A stretch of DNA of 64,000 bases from Longimicrobiales bacterium (GCA_041690395.1 JAWLHJ010000001.1:544001-608000); one strand, 5' to 3'. Shown: positions 37,259 to 47,580, numbered from the stretch's first letter. Program-made: numbers and translations. Notes: generated by a model from the sequence alone, not told the origin.

Positions 37259-38328
37259 CGGGCTTATCGGGTCGGGTGGTCCCGCGCCCCATGGCGGTCG
37301 GCGTGCAGCAAATGGACGGCTCGCGGGGCGGCTTCGTGCTCGCGCTCGTCGTCCTCATGCTCTTCGCCATCTCGATCATGGGCGGAGCCGGATATCTGAT
37401 CGTGAGCTCCGAGGCCAGGATGGCGCGCTACGCGACGCAGGGTGAGGAGGCCCTGGCGATCGCCAGAGGCGGCCTGCAGCGCTTCGTGTCCGAGCAGCTC
37501 GGCGTGGTCGCGGATTCGATGCGATACGCGATCGGTGCCGGAGAGACGCTCGTGACCGCGCGGCGCATGTCGGCGCTCGACCCGTTCACCGACGTCTACT
37601 TCATCCGGTCGGATGCCGCCATCGTCGATCCGCTCGTGCCGGGCACTCCGGCCCGGAGGGTCGTCGGCGCGTACGCGCACCACCGCCGCCGACCCGTTCC
37701 ACTGCATGCCGCCGTGGTGCTCAGCGTCGAGGACTTCCTCGTCGGAAACAACAGCACCGTGAGCGGCATCGACATTGGCGGCGCGGTTTGTCCGGGGGGA
37801 GTTGCGCCCCCCATCGGCGGCGCGATCGCCCGGGACGACATCGACAGGACCGGAACTCTCCTCGGGAGCCCGGAGGAGCAGTATTGGAGCGGTGGCTACA
37901 GCGAGTTCATGACTCGGATGGGGCTCAGGTGGGACGTGCTGTCCGACCCTGGCTTCCCGGTCGACTTCGAGGACGTCCAACCGGACTTCTCCACCCTGCC
38001 CGCCGACTCCTTTCCGGTGGTCCGCATCAACGGGAGCCTGAACGGGACGTCTCCGTGGAGCGGTCGTGGCGTGCTCATCGTCCGCGACCAGTTCGACGCC
38101 AACCCCAGCTTCACCTGGGAGGGGATCGTGCTCGCCGGATGGGTGGATGACCGGATCATGGGAAACATCGACGGCATGTTGATCGGCGGCTTCTCGGGGA
38201 CGGAGCCGTACGACGAGGTCGAGACGCGCAATGGAGACATCCGCTACCACTCGTGCAACGTGCGCCGAGCGAACGAGTCGCTGTCGTATCTCCAGCTGAT
38301 TCCGAACACGCTCTTCGAGGTGCGCTGA
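37255..38328 (+). CDS. Type IV minor pilin, PilX/GspK-like (start may be up to ~57 nt downstream)
   Basis: RGG|FVLALVVLML lacks Glu5, as PilX/GspK do; 'ALAIARGGL' motif; last gene of the cluster. Confidence 0.78.
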   Translation: MTGLSGRVVPRPMAVGVQQMDGSRGGFVLALVVLMLFAISIMGGAGYLIVSSEARMARYATQGEEALAIARGGLQRFVSEQLGVVADSMRYAIGAGETLVTARRMSALDPFTDVYFIRSDAAIVDPLVPGTPARRVVGAYAHHRRRPVPLHAAVVLSVEDFLVGNNSTVSGIDIGGAVCPGGVAPPIGGAIARDDIDRTGTLLGSPEEQYWSGGYSEFMTRMGLRWDVLSDPGFPVDFEDVQPDFSTLPADSFPVVRINGSLNGTSPWSGRGVLIVRDQFDANPSFTWEGIVLAGWVDDRIMGNIDGMLIGGFSGTEPYDEVETRNGDIRYHSCNVRRANESLSYLQLIPNTLFEVR

Positions 38329-38413
38329 TGCGCCACGGGGGGGCGGCAGGAGCCGGGAACCATCGCCTCATGGACAGGTACTGAACATGCCTGTCTTCCT
38401 CCGTGGATGCCGT

Positions 38414-38782
38414 ATGGACGCTCTGAGCCACACACGTGACCACCGCCTGGTGCGCCGTCTCGGCGTGCTGGTCATGGCCGTGTTCCAGCTCACCGCAGCG
38501 GTTGCGCTCCCGGCGGCGGACGGTGTGCTCGACATGGATCGCTACGGCACGCCGACCCACGTGGAGTCCGAGGGGAGCGACGACTGCGCCCCGCACCACG
38601 ACCACGCATTCTGTCAGGTCGTGCGGGCGACGGGGCTCGCCAACCCATCGCGGGCCGCCGTCAACGTCGGGGTCGGCGACCAGGTTCACCAGCTTCATCG
38701 TCTCGGCGGCTCCGTCGAGGCCGACATCCCGAGTCCCGTTCTCGAGGGCTCGACCGGACCGCGGGCACCTCCCTCCGCGTAG
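38414..38782 (+). CDS. DUF2946-like upstream ORF with His/Cys cluster and C-terminal RAPP motif (alternative start 38387)
   Basis: Hydrophobic N-terminal segment, THVE...DCAPHHDHAFCQV, ends GPRAPPSA*; directly upstream of a TonB-dependent receptor. Confidence 0.72.
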   Translation: MDALSHTRDHRLVRRLGVLVMAVFQLTAAVALPAADGVLDMDRYGTPTHVESEGSDDCAPHHDHAFCQVVRATGLANPSRAAVNVGVGDQVHQLHRLGGSVEADIPSPVLEGSTGPRAPPSA

Positions 38783-38918
38783 TCCCGTCGTGGGCGTCCG
38801 TCCCACGGCTGTTCCATCTGTAATCCGACGTTCGGCCCATTCCGGTCGCCGAGTGAGCGGTCGCACACGCGGATCCTCCGTGGCGTGCGGCCTCCACGTC
38901 GTGAACCCGACGAGATCC

Positions 38919-41162
38919 ATGAACGCATTACGTAGAAGCAACGTCTCCCGACGCGCGCTCCTCGCGCTGGCCGTGCTGGTCACCACCGTCTGCGCGACCC
39001 GGGCGGAAGCGCAGACGCCGGAGCACGAAGGCGAGATCGAGGGCCTGGTCCGCGACGCCGAGTCCGGGCAGCCGCTGGCGGGAGTCCTCGTCTCCGTGCT
39101 CGATGCGCGGCCGGCGGCGACCACCCACGGAGACGGCTCGTTCCACATCGCCGGGCTCGCGCCCGGCATGCATACGTTGAGGGTGGAGCGGCTCGGGTAC
39201 CGGACCGTTACGCTGGAGGTGTCGACGGACGAGACCGGCGCTCTTTTGGTCATCGAGCTCACGGCCTCGCCTCTCGACGTGAGCGGGCTGATCGTCACGG
39301 GCGCGCTCACCGAGCGCAGCGCGTCCGAGGCCCTGCGGCCGGTCAACGTGCTGAGTGGCCAGGACCTCCAGCGTCGGCTCCAGGGGACGGTGGCCGCCAC
39401 GCTGTCGTCCGAGCCCGGGGTCGCGGTGACGAGCATGGGGCCAGCCACCGCCCGCCCCGTCATCCGGGGTCTCAGCGGCGACCGGGTGCTCATGCTCGAA
39501 GACGGTGTGCGAAGCGGTGACATGTCGAGCACCGGATCGGATCACGCCACGGCGATGGACCCTTCATCGGCCCGGCGCATCGAGGTGGTGCGGGGACCCG
39601 CGGCCATCCTCTACGGGAGCAACGCGCTCGGTGGCGTGGTCAACGTCATCCGTGACGAGGTGCCGTCGGACGTGCCACACCACCCGACGGGCGCGGTGAC
39701 GCTGCAAGGACAGTCGGTGACCGGAGCATTCGGTGGGAGCGCGCACGTGCGGACCGCCGTAACCGACCGGATCCCCGTCCGCTTCGAGATCGGAGGACGC
39801 TCCTCGGGTGACCTCCGGACCCCGATCGGGCGGCTCGAGAACACCGGCGCCGAGAGCTGGAACGGAGGTGGAGGCGTCGCGTGGGTCGAGGAGAGCGGCC
39901 ACATCGGCGCGGCGTTCAGGGCGTTCAAGAACGACTACGGGATTCCGGGTGGCTTCGTCGGCGGCCACGAGGAGGGCGTCCGCATCGAGATGGAGCGGAT
40001 GTCGACCCGGGTCGATGGACGGCTGGAGGGCGAGTGGGGTCCTTTCCGCTCGGTCGAGGTCGACGGCTCCTACACCTGGTATCGGCATCTGGAGGTCGAG
40101 CCGCCGAACGTCATCGGGACGTTCTTCAAGCTGCAGACCACGAGTGCCGACCTGTTGGCCCGGCACGAGGGCTGGGGCCCGTTCTCGAACGGGGCGATCG
40201 GGACGCGCGCGTCGCTCGAGGACTTCAACTTCGCGGGCGGCCTCGCGACCCCGGACACCCGGAGGACGACCCTGGCCGGCTACGTATTCGAAGAGATCGA
40301 CCTCGACCCGCTTCGGATCGAGGCCGGACTCCGGTACGACTGGGCGAAGGCGGACCCGCTCCAGGACGACCCGGATTCGGACATCGGGGCGATCCGCGAC
40401 CGCACCTTCCACGCCGCGTCGGGATCGCTCGGTCTGCTGTACGCGTTTCCGGGCGGGGTGACGGCGGGGGCGAGCGTGGCGAGGGCCTTCCGGACGCCGG
40501 ACATCAACGAGCTGTACTCGGAGGGCCCGCACCTCGCGGCATACGCGTTCGAGGTCGGGAACCCCTCGCTCGACAACGAAGTGGGAACGGGCGTGGACGT
40601 GTTCGTCCGTCTGGAGCGTGACCGTGTGTCGGCCGAGCTCACGGGATTCAGGAACGACATCTCGGGCTACATCTATCCGGCCGAGACCGGGGACACGAGC
40701 AACATCAACCTGCCCATCTACCAGTTCCGAGGCGACGACGCGCTCCTGACCGGCTTCGAGGGACGGCTGGACTGGAGCGTGATCGGGCACCTCACCCTCC
40801 ATGGAACGGCTTCGTACGTGAGGGGGCAGCGGGACGAGAACGACACGCCGCTTCCGCTCATCCCGCCGCTCCAGGGCCGTGTCGGGCTCGAGTATGAGCA
40901 TCCCGCGTGGTTCCTCAGAGGCGAGACGGTGCTGGCGGGCAGGCAGGACCGCGTCGACGAGTTCGAGACCCCGACGGACGGCCATGCCGTGTTCGACCTT
41001 TCGGCCGGCCTGCGGCTCACGGTCTCCGGGCGGTTGCACACCATCTCCGTCAGCGCCGAGAACGTCACGAACAGCGAGTACCGGAATCATCTGTCCCGGG
41101 TCAAGGAGATCATGCCCGAGGCTGGACGGGGGTTGAGCGTCACCTATCGCGTCGTGTTCTGA
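38919..41162 (+). CDS. TonB-dependent receptor (ZnuD-like, probable metal uptake) with N-terminal carboxypeptidase-regulatory-like domain
   Basis: Signal peptide; ARPVIRGLSGDRV, SDHA, RIEVVRGPAAILYGSNALGGVVN, YGIPG..GGHEEG, ELYSEGPHLA, YRNHLSR, terminal Phe. Confidence 0.92.
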   Translation: MNALRRSNVSRRALLALAVLVTTVCATRAEAQTPEHEGEIEGLVRDAESGQPLAGVLVSVLDARPAATTHGDGSFHIAGLAPGMHTLRVERLGYRTVTLEVSTDETGALLVIELTASPLDVSGLIVTGALTERSASEALRPVNVLSGQDLQRRLQGTVAATLSSEPGVAVTSMGPATARPVIRGLSGDRVLMLEDGVRSGDMSSTGSDHATAMDPSSARRIEVVRGPAAILYGSNALGGVVNVIRDEVPSDVPHHPTGAVTLQGQSVTGAFGGSAHVRTAVTDRIPVRFEIGGRSSGDLRTPIGRLENTGAESWNGGGGVAWVEESGHIGAAFRAFKNDYGIPGGFVGGHEEGVRIEMERMSTRVDGRLEGEWGPFRSVEVDGSYTWYRHLEVEPPNVIGTFFKLQTTSADLLARHEGWGPFSNGAIGTRASLEDFNFAGGLATPDTRRTTLAGYVFEEIDLDPLRIEAGLRYDWAKADPLQDDPDSDIGAIRDRTFHAASGSLGLLYAFPGGVTAGASVARAFRTPDINELYSEGPHLAAYAFEVGNPSLDNEVGTGVDVFVRLERDRVSAELTGFRNDISGYIYPAETGDTSNINLPIYQFRGDDALLTGFEGRLDWSVIGHLTLHGTASYVRGQRDENDTPLPLIPPLQGRVGLEYEHPAWFLRGETVLAGRQDRVDEFETPTDGHAVFDLSAGLRLTVSGRLHTISVSAENVTNSEYRNHLSRVKEIMPEAGRGLSVTYRVVF

Positions 41163-41233
41163 GCAGCGGCTGCCGGGGCTCGACGCGATCCCCAGTGAAG
41201 GCGGCCACGAGTCACATCACAGGAGAAACAACC

Positions 41234-41713
41234 ATGCATTCAATTCGGAACGGAGCGTTCGTGCTGGCCACCGCTGGAGCAGTCGCGCTCGGCGCGTGCA
41301 GCGACGATCCCGTCGGCCTCGACGACCATGAGGAGGCCGAGGGCGTCGAGCTCGTCCTCAACGGTGAGGTCGTGGCCACCTACGAGGAGGGGGTCTGGAC
41401 CGGAGAGCTCGAGGTCGTGGAAGGCGAAGAGACAGCGCTCATAACGGTCCGCTTCATCGACCATGACGGCGAGGCGATCGTCCCCGACGACGACAGCTAC
41501 CTCGAAGTCGAGATCGGGGACGAGACCGTCGCCGAGTTCGTGCAGGCCACTCCCGGCGAGTTCAGCGGACGCCTGCAGGGCGTCGCGGCCGGGGACACGT
41601 ACGCAGTGGTCCGCCTGATGCACGGCGCGGTCGGAACCGGACACCCGGACTTCGAGACGGCAGAGGAAGAGGCGGATGCGCTGCATGTGCACGTGACCGC
41701 CCCGGCCACCTGA
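41234..41713 (+). CDS. Acidic lipoprotein associated with the TonB-dependent receptor
   Basis: AGGAG RBS; lipobox LGAC; DDHEEAEG and LMHG..GHPDF His motifs. Confidence 0.8.
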   Translation: MHSIRNGAFVLATAGAVALGACSDDPVGLDDHEEAEGVELVLNGEVVATYEEGVWTGELEVVEGEETALITVRFIDHDGEAIVPDDDSYLEVEIGDETVAEFVQATPGEFSGRLQGVAAGDTYAVVRLMHGAVGTGHPDFETAEEEADALHVHVTAPAT

Positions 41714-41749
41714 GTCGAACGCGGCGCGAGCCGCACTGTCACCTACACG

Positions 41750-41783
41750 GAGCCCTCCGACCCTTCGGGGCCGGGGGGCTTTC
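41750..41783 (+). terminator. Probable intrinsic terminator of the receptor-lipoprotein operon
   Basis: AGCCCTCCG-ACCC-TTCG-GGGC-CGGGGGGCT hairpin with a UUCG loop and a short T run, between convergent genes. Confidence 0.6.
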
Positions 41784-41805
41784 GTGTGGCGATCCGACCG
41801 ACCGG

Positions 41806-42468
41806 CTACGGGATCCGCGCGTACATCCCGATCCCGGCGCTCCCCAGATACCGGTCGCCGAAGCAGGCCGCGTCCGCCGCGCACGCTCCTCCCGCGATCC
41901 ACTCGGCGCGGGCGTACAGGAAGGGGCGCAGCGCGGAGAGTAGGGGCGGGAACCGCAGAGACGTGTAGGCCCCGAGTCCCGGGTCGGGTCCGACTCGCTC
42001 GGTGCCGTACGCCCCCGGGGACGCGTCGGGCCTGGGGCGATACTCGGTGTCCTGCCATGTGAGCGACCCGGTGACGCCCGCGGACAGCTCGACGAACGGG
42101 TTGAGCATGCGCGAGACGCCGACACCGAGCGTGGCGGCCCTCATGCGCATGACCGTGTCGAACGGGCCGGGGGTGCACGTGTCCAGGCCGCATTGTTGCG
42201 TCCGGACGCCGAGATCCTCGGAGACCGTGCGGTACCCGAGCTCGAAGCCGACCGGGCCGATCATCCAGGGGATCGCCATACCGACCCGGTAGCCGGTCGG
42301 CGTTCTCATGTCGTCGAGCGTCGTGAACGCCTGCTCGATCGCGAAGTCCAGGTCCAGCGCCTGGGCCTCGAGCCGGTCGGGCGACCCGGCCGCGAGGGCG
42401 GCCGCCAGCCACGTGAAGACCGCGCCCCGGCGGGCGTAGACGTGAGTCGAATTCGTTATCTTGGTCAC
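41806..42468 (-). CDS. Putative exported outer-membrane beta-barrel protein (start uncertain)
   Basis: Signal-like segment ending LEAQA, alternating amphipathic strands, two Cys pairs. Confidence 0.55.
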   Translation of the reverse strand: MTKITNSTHVYARRGAVFTWLAAALAAGSPDRLEAQALDLDFAIEQAFTTLDDMRTPTGYRVGMAIPWMIGPVGFELGYRTVSEDLGVRTQQCGLDTCTPGPFDTVMRMRAATLGVGVSRMLNPFVELSAGVTGSLTWQDTEYRPRPDASPGAYGTERVGPDPGLGAYTSLRFPPLLSALRPFLYARAEWIAGGACAADAACFGDRYLGSAGIGMYARIP

Positions 42469-42677
42469 CGATACATGCCTCCGCTCATGCCCTCGGATGC
42501 GGTCGCGCCGAGCGTGGCAGGTCGCCTGCTCCCGATACTCGTCTCGGAACCCGCGACCCCGCTCGTTGAAGACGATCGGGGGAGCCCGATCGTGACGAGC
42601 GCCGAGCCTCTCGGCTCCCGGGCAGGCCTGAGCCGGGGCCATATCTCCCGTTGAACGAAGGTCGTGGACGAAGCCTC

Positions 42678-43433
42678 ATGACGATGGTCGACTGGCTCCT
42701 CACGGAGCAGCTCATGGAGATCTTCCAGGAAGCCGCCGCCAAGCGTCCCGACCTCAATGCCGAGCTCGTGCCCCGGAGCCCTCTCGGGGAGGAGGACGTC
42801 CTGGCGGGGGCCGGGGCCGTGGCTCGCATCGAGACGACCGACGGCGCGGTTCTCGTCGTGACGCCGCGTCGCATCCAACGGGTGCTCGACGAGCGGGGGC
42901 TCGACCTCGTGCGCTTCGAGGACCTGGTCGGCTACGACTGGATCACGCCGGAGATGTCCGAGAAAGTCGAGCAGAAGGACGAGCACTGGGACCGGCTGTA
43001 CCTGTATCCGCGGGAGGCGCCGCCGATCACCCTCGACCACCTCGGTGACGCCGTCTATCCGCTCATGACCTTCCTCGGGAGGGTGCTCGAGTTCCGCTCC
43101 GAGAAGGTGCTGCGCCGCAAGCTCGACGACGACGTCGTGGAGCTGCTCGGCCGATGCCTCACGGCGACCGCCCGCGGTCCGTTCTTCACGGACCAGGAGC
43201 TCTCCGACCGGTTCCGGCGGAGTCGCGAGACGATGGACATCGTGGCGGGCATGTGGCCGAAGGTGAACCTGGCCGCGCCCGAGGTGCTCGACCTGCTGGA
43301 GCGGGTCGTGGAGGCCCTGCTCGAGCGGGCCGAGTCGCACGCCGATGCATGGGAGGAGTGGGTCGGGGCGAAGCCCGCCAAAGTGGAGGTGGTGCTGGAG
43401 GTGTTCCGCCGGGTGTCTTCCGGGGAGGTATGA
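42678..43433 (+). CDS. Hypothetical protein
   Basis: 251-aa ORF with coding-like codon bias; no motif recognised. Confidence 0.7.
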   Translation: MTMVDWLLTEQLMEIFQEAAAKRPDLNAELVPRSPLGEEDVLAGAGAVARIETTDGAVLVVTPRRIQRVLDERGLDLVRFEDLVGYDWITPEMSEKVEQKDEHWDRLYLYPREAPPITLDHLGDAVYPLMTFLGRVLEFRSEKVLRRKLDDDVVELLGRCLTATARGPFFTDQELSDRFRRSRETMDIVAGMWPKVNLAAPEVLDLLERVVEALLERAESHADAWEEWVGAKPAKVEVVLEVFRRVSSGEV

Positions 43434-43549
43434 CACGTCGGTCCATGGCATGCGATATTCCACTCCCGCAACACCTGTTTCTTAGAGTGTCGTGCTCGGG
43501 CCGCGCCACGTCCCGAACCCGGCGCGCCGCCGCGCGAGGATGAGCAGCG

Positions 43550-45532
43550 ATGAGCGATGTGGTCACGGTCGATCCCGAACGGTCGACGGAGTGGACGACG
43601 AGGGACGCCGCCGATACCTACCGGTTCGAGGACTGGGGTGACGGCTACCTCGGGATCTCCGACGCGGGCACGCTCGTCGTGCGCCCGAACGGGCCCGAAG
43701 GCCAGTCACTCGACCTGCTCGAGATCATCGAGGGGCTCGAGACGCGAGGGCTGACGGCTCCGGTCGTCCTCCGCTTCCCCGACCTGCTGCGCCATCGGAT
43801 GACGAAGCTTCGCGACGCGTTCGCGAACGCCATCGAAGAGGTCGGCTACGGGAACCGGTACTCGTGCGTCTACCCCATCAAGGTCAACCAGCAGCGCCAG
43901 CTCTGCGAGGCCGTGGTTCGCTTCGCCGAGGAACTCGACTTCGGCATCGAGGTGGGCTCCAAGCCGGAGCTCCTCGCCGGGCTCGCGCTGACGGTGGGCC
44001 ACAACCCGATGCCGCTCGTGTGCAACGGCTTCAAGGACGACGAGTTCATCGAGACGGTGATCCTCGCGGCGAAGATGGGCCGGAACGTCATCCCCGTCGT
44101 CGAGCAGTTCCACGAGCTGGAGCTGATCGTGAAGCAGGCCGAGGCGCACAACGTGCGGCCCAACATCGGGATTCGGGCGCGCCTGGGTGCGGGCGGCATC
44201 GGGCGGTGGGCGACCTCGTCGGGGCTGCGCGGCAAGTTCGGCCTCTCCGTCAGCGAGGTCCTGCAGGCCGTCGACTATCTGAAGGAGCGCGACCTGCTGG
44301 ACTCGCTCCGCCTCCTGCACTGCCACATCGGCTCGCAGATCTACGACATCCGGACCGTGAAGTACGCGGTGAGCGAGGTGACGCACCTGTACACGGAGCT
44401 GGTCGAGCAGGGGGCCCCGATGGGCATGCTCGACCTGGGCGGCGGGCTCGGCGTGGACTACGACGGCACCCAGTCGGCGAGCCCGGCTTCATCGAACTAC
44501 ACGGTGGAGCAGTACGCGCTCGACGTGGTGCACCGTATCAAGTCGATCTGCGACGACGCCGGGATCGACCCGCCGCACATCTTCTCCGAGTCGGGGAGGG
44601 CGCTCGTCAGCCACTGTACGGCCATCGTGTGCGAGGCGGTGGCGAGCCGGCGGCTCCCCGAGACGCCGAACCAGCCGCTCCTGGAGCGGGCGCTCGGCGC
44701 GGACGACGTGCCGCAGCCGCTCCGCGACATCCTCGACGCGTACGAGCGAATGGACGGGGACGACGCCGACTCGCTCGATCCGTTGGAGCTGTTCAACGAC
44801 GCGGCCCACGCATTCGAAGAGGCGATGAGCCTCTTCAACCTGGGATACATGGACATCGCCTCTCGTGCGGCGACCGAAGAGATGTACTGGTGCGTGGGAC
44901 GGCGGGTCCTGGAGATGCTCGAGGGTGAGGTGCCCGAGGAGCTCGCCGATCTGACGGCGACGTTCGCGGACCTCTACTTCGTGAACCTCAGCGTCTTCCA
45001 GTCGCTCCTCGACTCGTGGGCGATCGACCAGCTCTTTCCCATCATGCCGATCCACCGGCTACACGAGCGGCCCACGCGGTCCGGGGTTCTGGTCGACATA
45101 TCCTGTGATTCGGACGGCCGCATCGAGCAGTTCCCGTCCGCGGACGGGCCGAAAGGCACGCTCGAGCTGCACGAGCTGGTGCCGGCGCCCGAGGACGCCG
45201 ATCAGGAGTTCGAGCCGTACTACCTCGGTGTCTTCCTCACCGGCGCGTACCAGGAGACGCTCGGGGACCTGCACAACCTGTTCGGCGACACCCACGCCGT
45301 GCACGTCGTGATCGACGGGAAGAACGGGCGCTGGCGCATCGACGAGGTCGTCGAGGGCGATACCGTGCGTGAGGTGCTCGGATACGTCCAGTACGACGCC
45401 GACGTCATGCGCGAAGACCTCCGGAAGGACGCCGAAGAGGCACTGGCGGCGGGCCGTCTGACACTCGCCGAGACCGTCAGCCTGAGACGATTCCTCGACG
45501 ACGGATTCCAGGGCTACACCTACCTGGAGTAG
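43550..45532 (+). CDS. speA: Biosynthetic arginine decarboxylase
   Basis: VYPIKVNQQR (PLP Lys), EVGSKPEL, CNGFKD, HCHIGSQI, LGGGLGVDYDG, ESGRA, SCDSDG, GAYQETLGDLHNLFGD, GYTYLE. Confidence 0.96.
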   Translation: MSDVVTVDPERSTEWTTRDAADTYRFEDWGDGYLGISDAGTLVVRPNGPEGQSLDLLEIIEGLETRGLTAPVVLRFPDLLRHRMTKLRDAFANAIEEVGYGNRYSCVYPIKVNQQRQLCEAVVRFAEELDFGIEVGSKPELLAGLALTVGHNPMPLVCNGFKDDEFIETVILAAKMGRNVIPVVEQFHELELIVKQAEAHNVRPNIGIRARLGAGGIGRWATSSGLRGKFGLSVSEVLQAVDYLKERDLLDSLRLLHCHIGSQIYDIRTVKYAVSEVTHLYTELVEQGAPMGMLDLGGGLGVDYDGTQSASPASSNYTVEQYALDVVHRIKSICDDAGIDPPHIFSESGRALVSHCTAIVCEAVASRRLPETPNQPLLERALGADDVPQPLRDILDAYERMDGDDADSLDPLELFNDAAHAFEEAMSLFNLGYMDIASRAATEEMYWCVGRRVLEMLEGEVPEELADLTATFADLYFVNLSVFQSLLDSWAIDQLFPIMPIHRLHERPTRSGVLVDISCDSDGRIEQFPSADGPKGTLELHELVPAPEDADQEFEPYYLGVFLTGAYQETLGDLHNLFGDTHAVHVVIDGKNGRWRIDEVVEGDTVREVLGYVQYDADVMREDLRKDAEEALAAGRLTLAETVSLRRFLDDGFQGYTYLE

Positions 45533-45722
45533 GTCGAGGGCATGGTCCGGGCGCGCCTCGCAGGGTGCGAGGTCGTTCGGTGGAACGCGGGCCGCGCGCG
45601 GCCGACGGCGTTTGGCGGTGGGCAAGCAAGGCTATGCCAGGCGTCGACTTAGGTTCTCTGGTCCGGATGTTGCTTCCTGGATTTGGGGTCGGAGACGCAC
45701 ATTCTGAACGAGGACGAGACCG

Positions 45723-46337
45723 ATGAACCGCATTCATGTTCGAGGCGCGACGCTGGCCATGCTCGTGGCGGTGGCCGCGTGTGGCGACAGCACGACGGAG
45801 GTCGTGGGAGACCTGAGCCAGGCGGAAGCCGAGGCGCTGGCCGAGGTCGTGGGCTCGACGGTGTTCACCAGCGCGAGCAACAACCCGCCGGACGCGCAGG
45901 CGGGCGCTCCCTCCCGGATGCCGGTCAGCGGGTCGGAGTCGATCAGCGGCACGCTTCCCTGTGAGCTCGGCGGCACCGTGACGGTCTCGGGTGACCTCGA
46001 GTTCTCGGGCGACACCGAGACGCAGGTCGACGCGTCCTACTCCATCACGCAGGTCCACGATGGATGTGTGGCCGCGTCCCAGGACGGCATCGTGTTCACG
46101 CTCGACGGCGCGCCGAGCGTCTCGGCCGGGCTGAACATGTCCATCTCCCAGTCGTCGCTCTCCATGGACGGTGGCTACCAGGGCGCCGTCGATTGGGCGA
46201 CCGACGACAGCGAGGGGACGTGCACCGTCGACATCACCCTCGACATCGAGGCCAACGGGCTCGACGAGACCGTATCCGCTTCCATGGCGGGAACGGTGTG
46301 TGGCATCAGCATCTCGAAGACGCTCAATCTCGGCTGA
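45723..46337 (+). CDS. Hypothetical lipoprotein
   Basis: Lipobox VAAC; Ser/Thr/Gly-rich beta-type sequence with four further Cys. Confidence 0.75.
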   Translation: MNRIHVRGATLAMLVAVAACGDSTTEVVGDLSQAEAEALAEVVGSTVFTSASNNPPDAQAGAPSRMPVSGSESISGTLPCELGGTVTVSGDLEFSGDTETQVDASYSITQVHDGCVAASQDGIVFTLDGAPSVSAGLNMSISQSSLSMDGGYQGAVDWATDDSEGTCTVDITLDIEANGLDETVSASMAGTVCGISISKTLNLG

Positions 46338-46500
46338 CGCGTCGGTTGGTCGGGTCGGGCCGCTGGCGCCCGGCCGCTCCGGGCCTCCGTCTCTCCGAGG
46401 CGGGGGCCCGTTTGCATCCGCCCCAGCTTCGGGGCCCTCCCCAGCACGGCCCGACCGGCCTACCTTCGCGGGCATCGATCCTTCAGCCAGGTCCGTGTCC

Positions 46501-47577
46501 ATGACGCTCGCTCAGTCGCTCGCCGCCGTCACCCGACTCGCGTTCGCGGGGGGGCTTCTTGCCCTGCCGCTCTCCGCCGCCGCCCAGGAGCCCGCACAGT
46601 GGGGCCCCGAGCTCGAGTTCCACACCTTCTCCATCGTCGGAGTCGACCCCGAGACCGGCGAGACGGGCGCCGCGGTGACGACTCGTAACGCGTGCGTGGG
46701 CAACGGCGTGCCGTGGGTGCGTGTGGGCGTGGGCGCGGTGGCCACCCAGGCCTCCACCCGCACCCAGTACGGGGGGGAGCTGCTGGACATGATCGAGGAG
46801 GGGATGAGTCCGTCGGAGGCGCTCGCGGCGGCGCTGGCCAAAGACGAGGGCGTCGAGAGCCGGCAGGTCGGCGTCATCGCTTTGGATGGTCGGAGCGCCC
46901 AGCACACGGGGAGCCGACCGGGGCCGTGGGCGGGTCACCGGGCCGGGCCGCACTACGCCACGCAGGGGAACGTGCTGGTCGGCCCGGAGGTCCTCGAGGC
47001 GGTCGCGAGGACGTTCGAGGCGACCGAGGGATCAGGGCTGCACCTCGCCGATCGGCTCATCGCGGCGATGGAAGCCGGCCAGGCTGCCGGGGGAGATCGG
47101 CGTTACGGCCGCATGCAGTCGGCGGCCGTGGTCGTCGCGGACCCGCGCGAGGGGATGGCGCGCCGGGACGACGGCCAGACCGTTCACGTCAACATCTGCG
47201 AGCACCCGGAGCCCGTGGGTGAGATGCGCCGCGTGTACGATGCGGTGTCCGGGAAGCTCGGCTTCCGTACGCTCCAGCAGCAGGCCGGCTCCGACGTGTG
47301 GCAGGTGAAGCTCATCATGCATGCGCTCGGTCACTACCGGCCCGAGGCCGAGACACTCGAGCGGGACGACGATTGGCAGGTGTACGGCGACGACATCGCG
47401 GCCGCGGTCGACGCGTTCCGCGGCGAGCGGGGACTGTCGAACAGCGAGTCGGGCGGGAGCCCGCCGGGGCTCGTGGACGAGGTGGCCGTCGACGCGATGT
47501 GGGCGGCGCTCACGGAGGCCGGCAAGGCCGAGGAGATCCGCCGGATGATTCGCGAGCTGACCTGGGTGCGGCGGTAG
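46501..47577 (+). CDS. DUF1028 family (Ntn-hydrolase-like) exported protein with C-terminal peptidoglycan-binding-like domain
   Basis: Signal peptide, HTFSIVG.DPETGE.GAAV, GAVATQA, RQVGVI, QGNVL, AAGGDRR...QSAA. Confidence 0.85.
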   Translation: MTLAQSLAAVTRLAFAGGLLALPLSAAAQEPAQWGPELEFHTFSIVGVDPETGETGAAVTTRNACVGNGVPWVRVGVGAVATQASTRTQYGGELLDMIEEGMSPSEALAAALAKDEGVESRQVGVIALDGRSAQHTGSRPGPWAGHRAGPHYATQGNVLVGPEVLEAVARTFEATEGSGLHLADRLIAAMEAGQAAGGDRRYGRMQSAAVVVADPREGMARRDDGQTVHVNICEHPEPVGEMRRVYDAVSGKLGFRTLQQQAGSDVWQVKLIMHALGHYRPEAETLERDDDWQVYGDDIAAAVDAFRGERGLSNSESGGSPPGLVDEVAVDAMWAALTEAGKAEEIRRMIRELTWVRR

Positions 47578-47580
47578 GCG

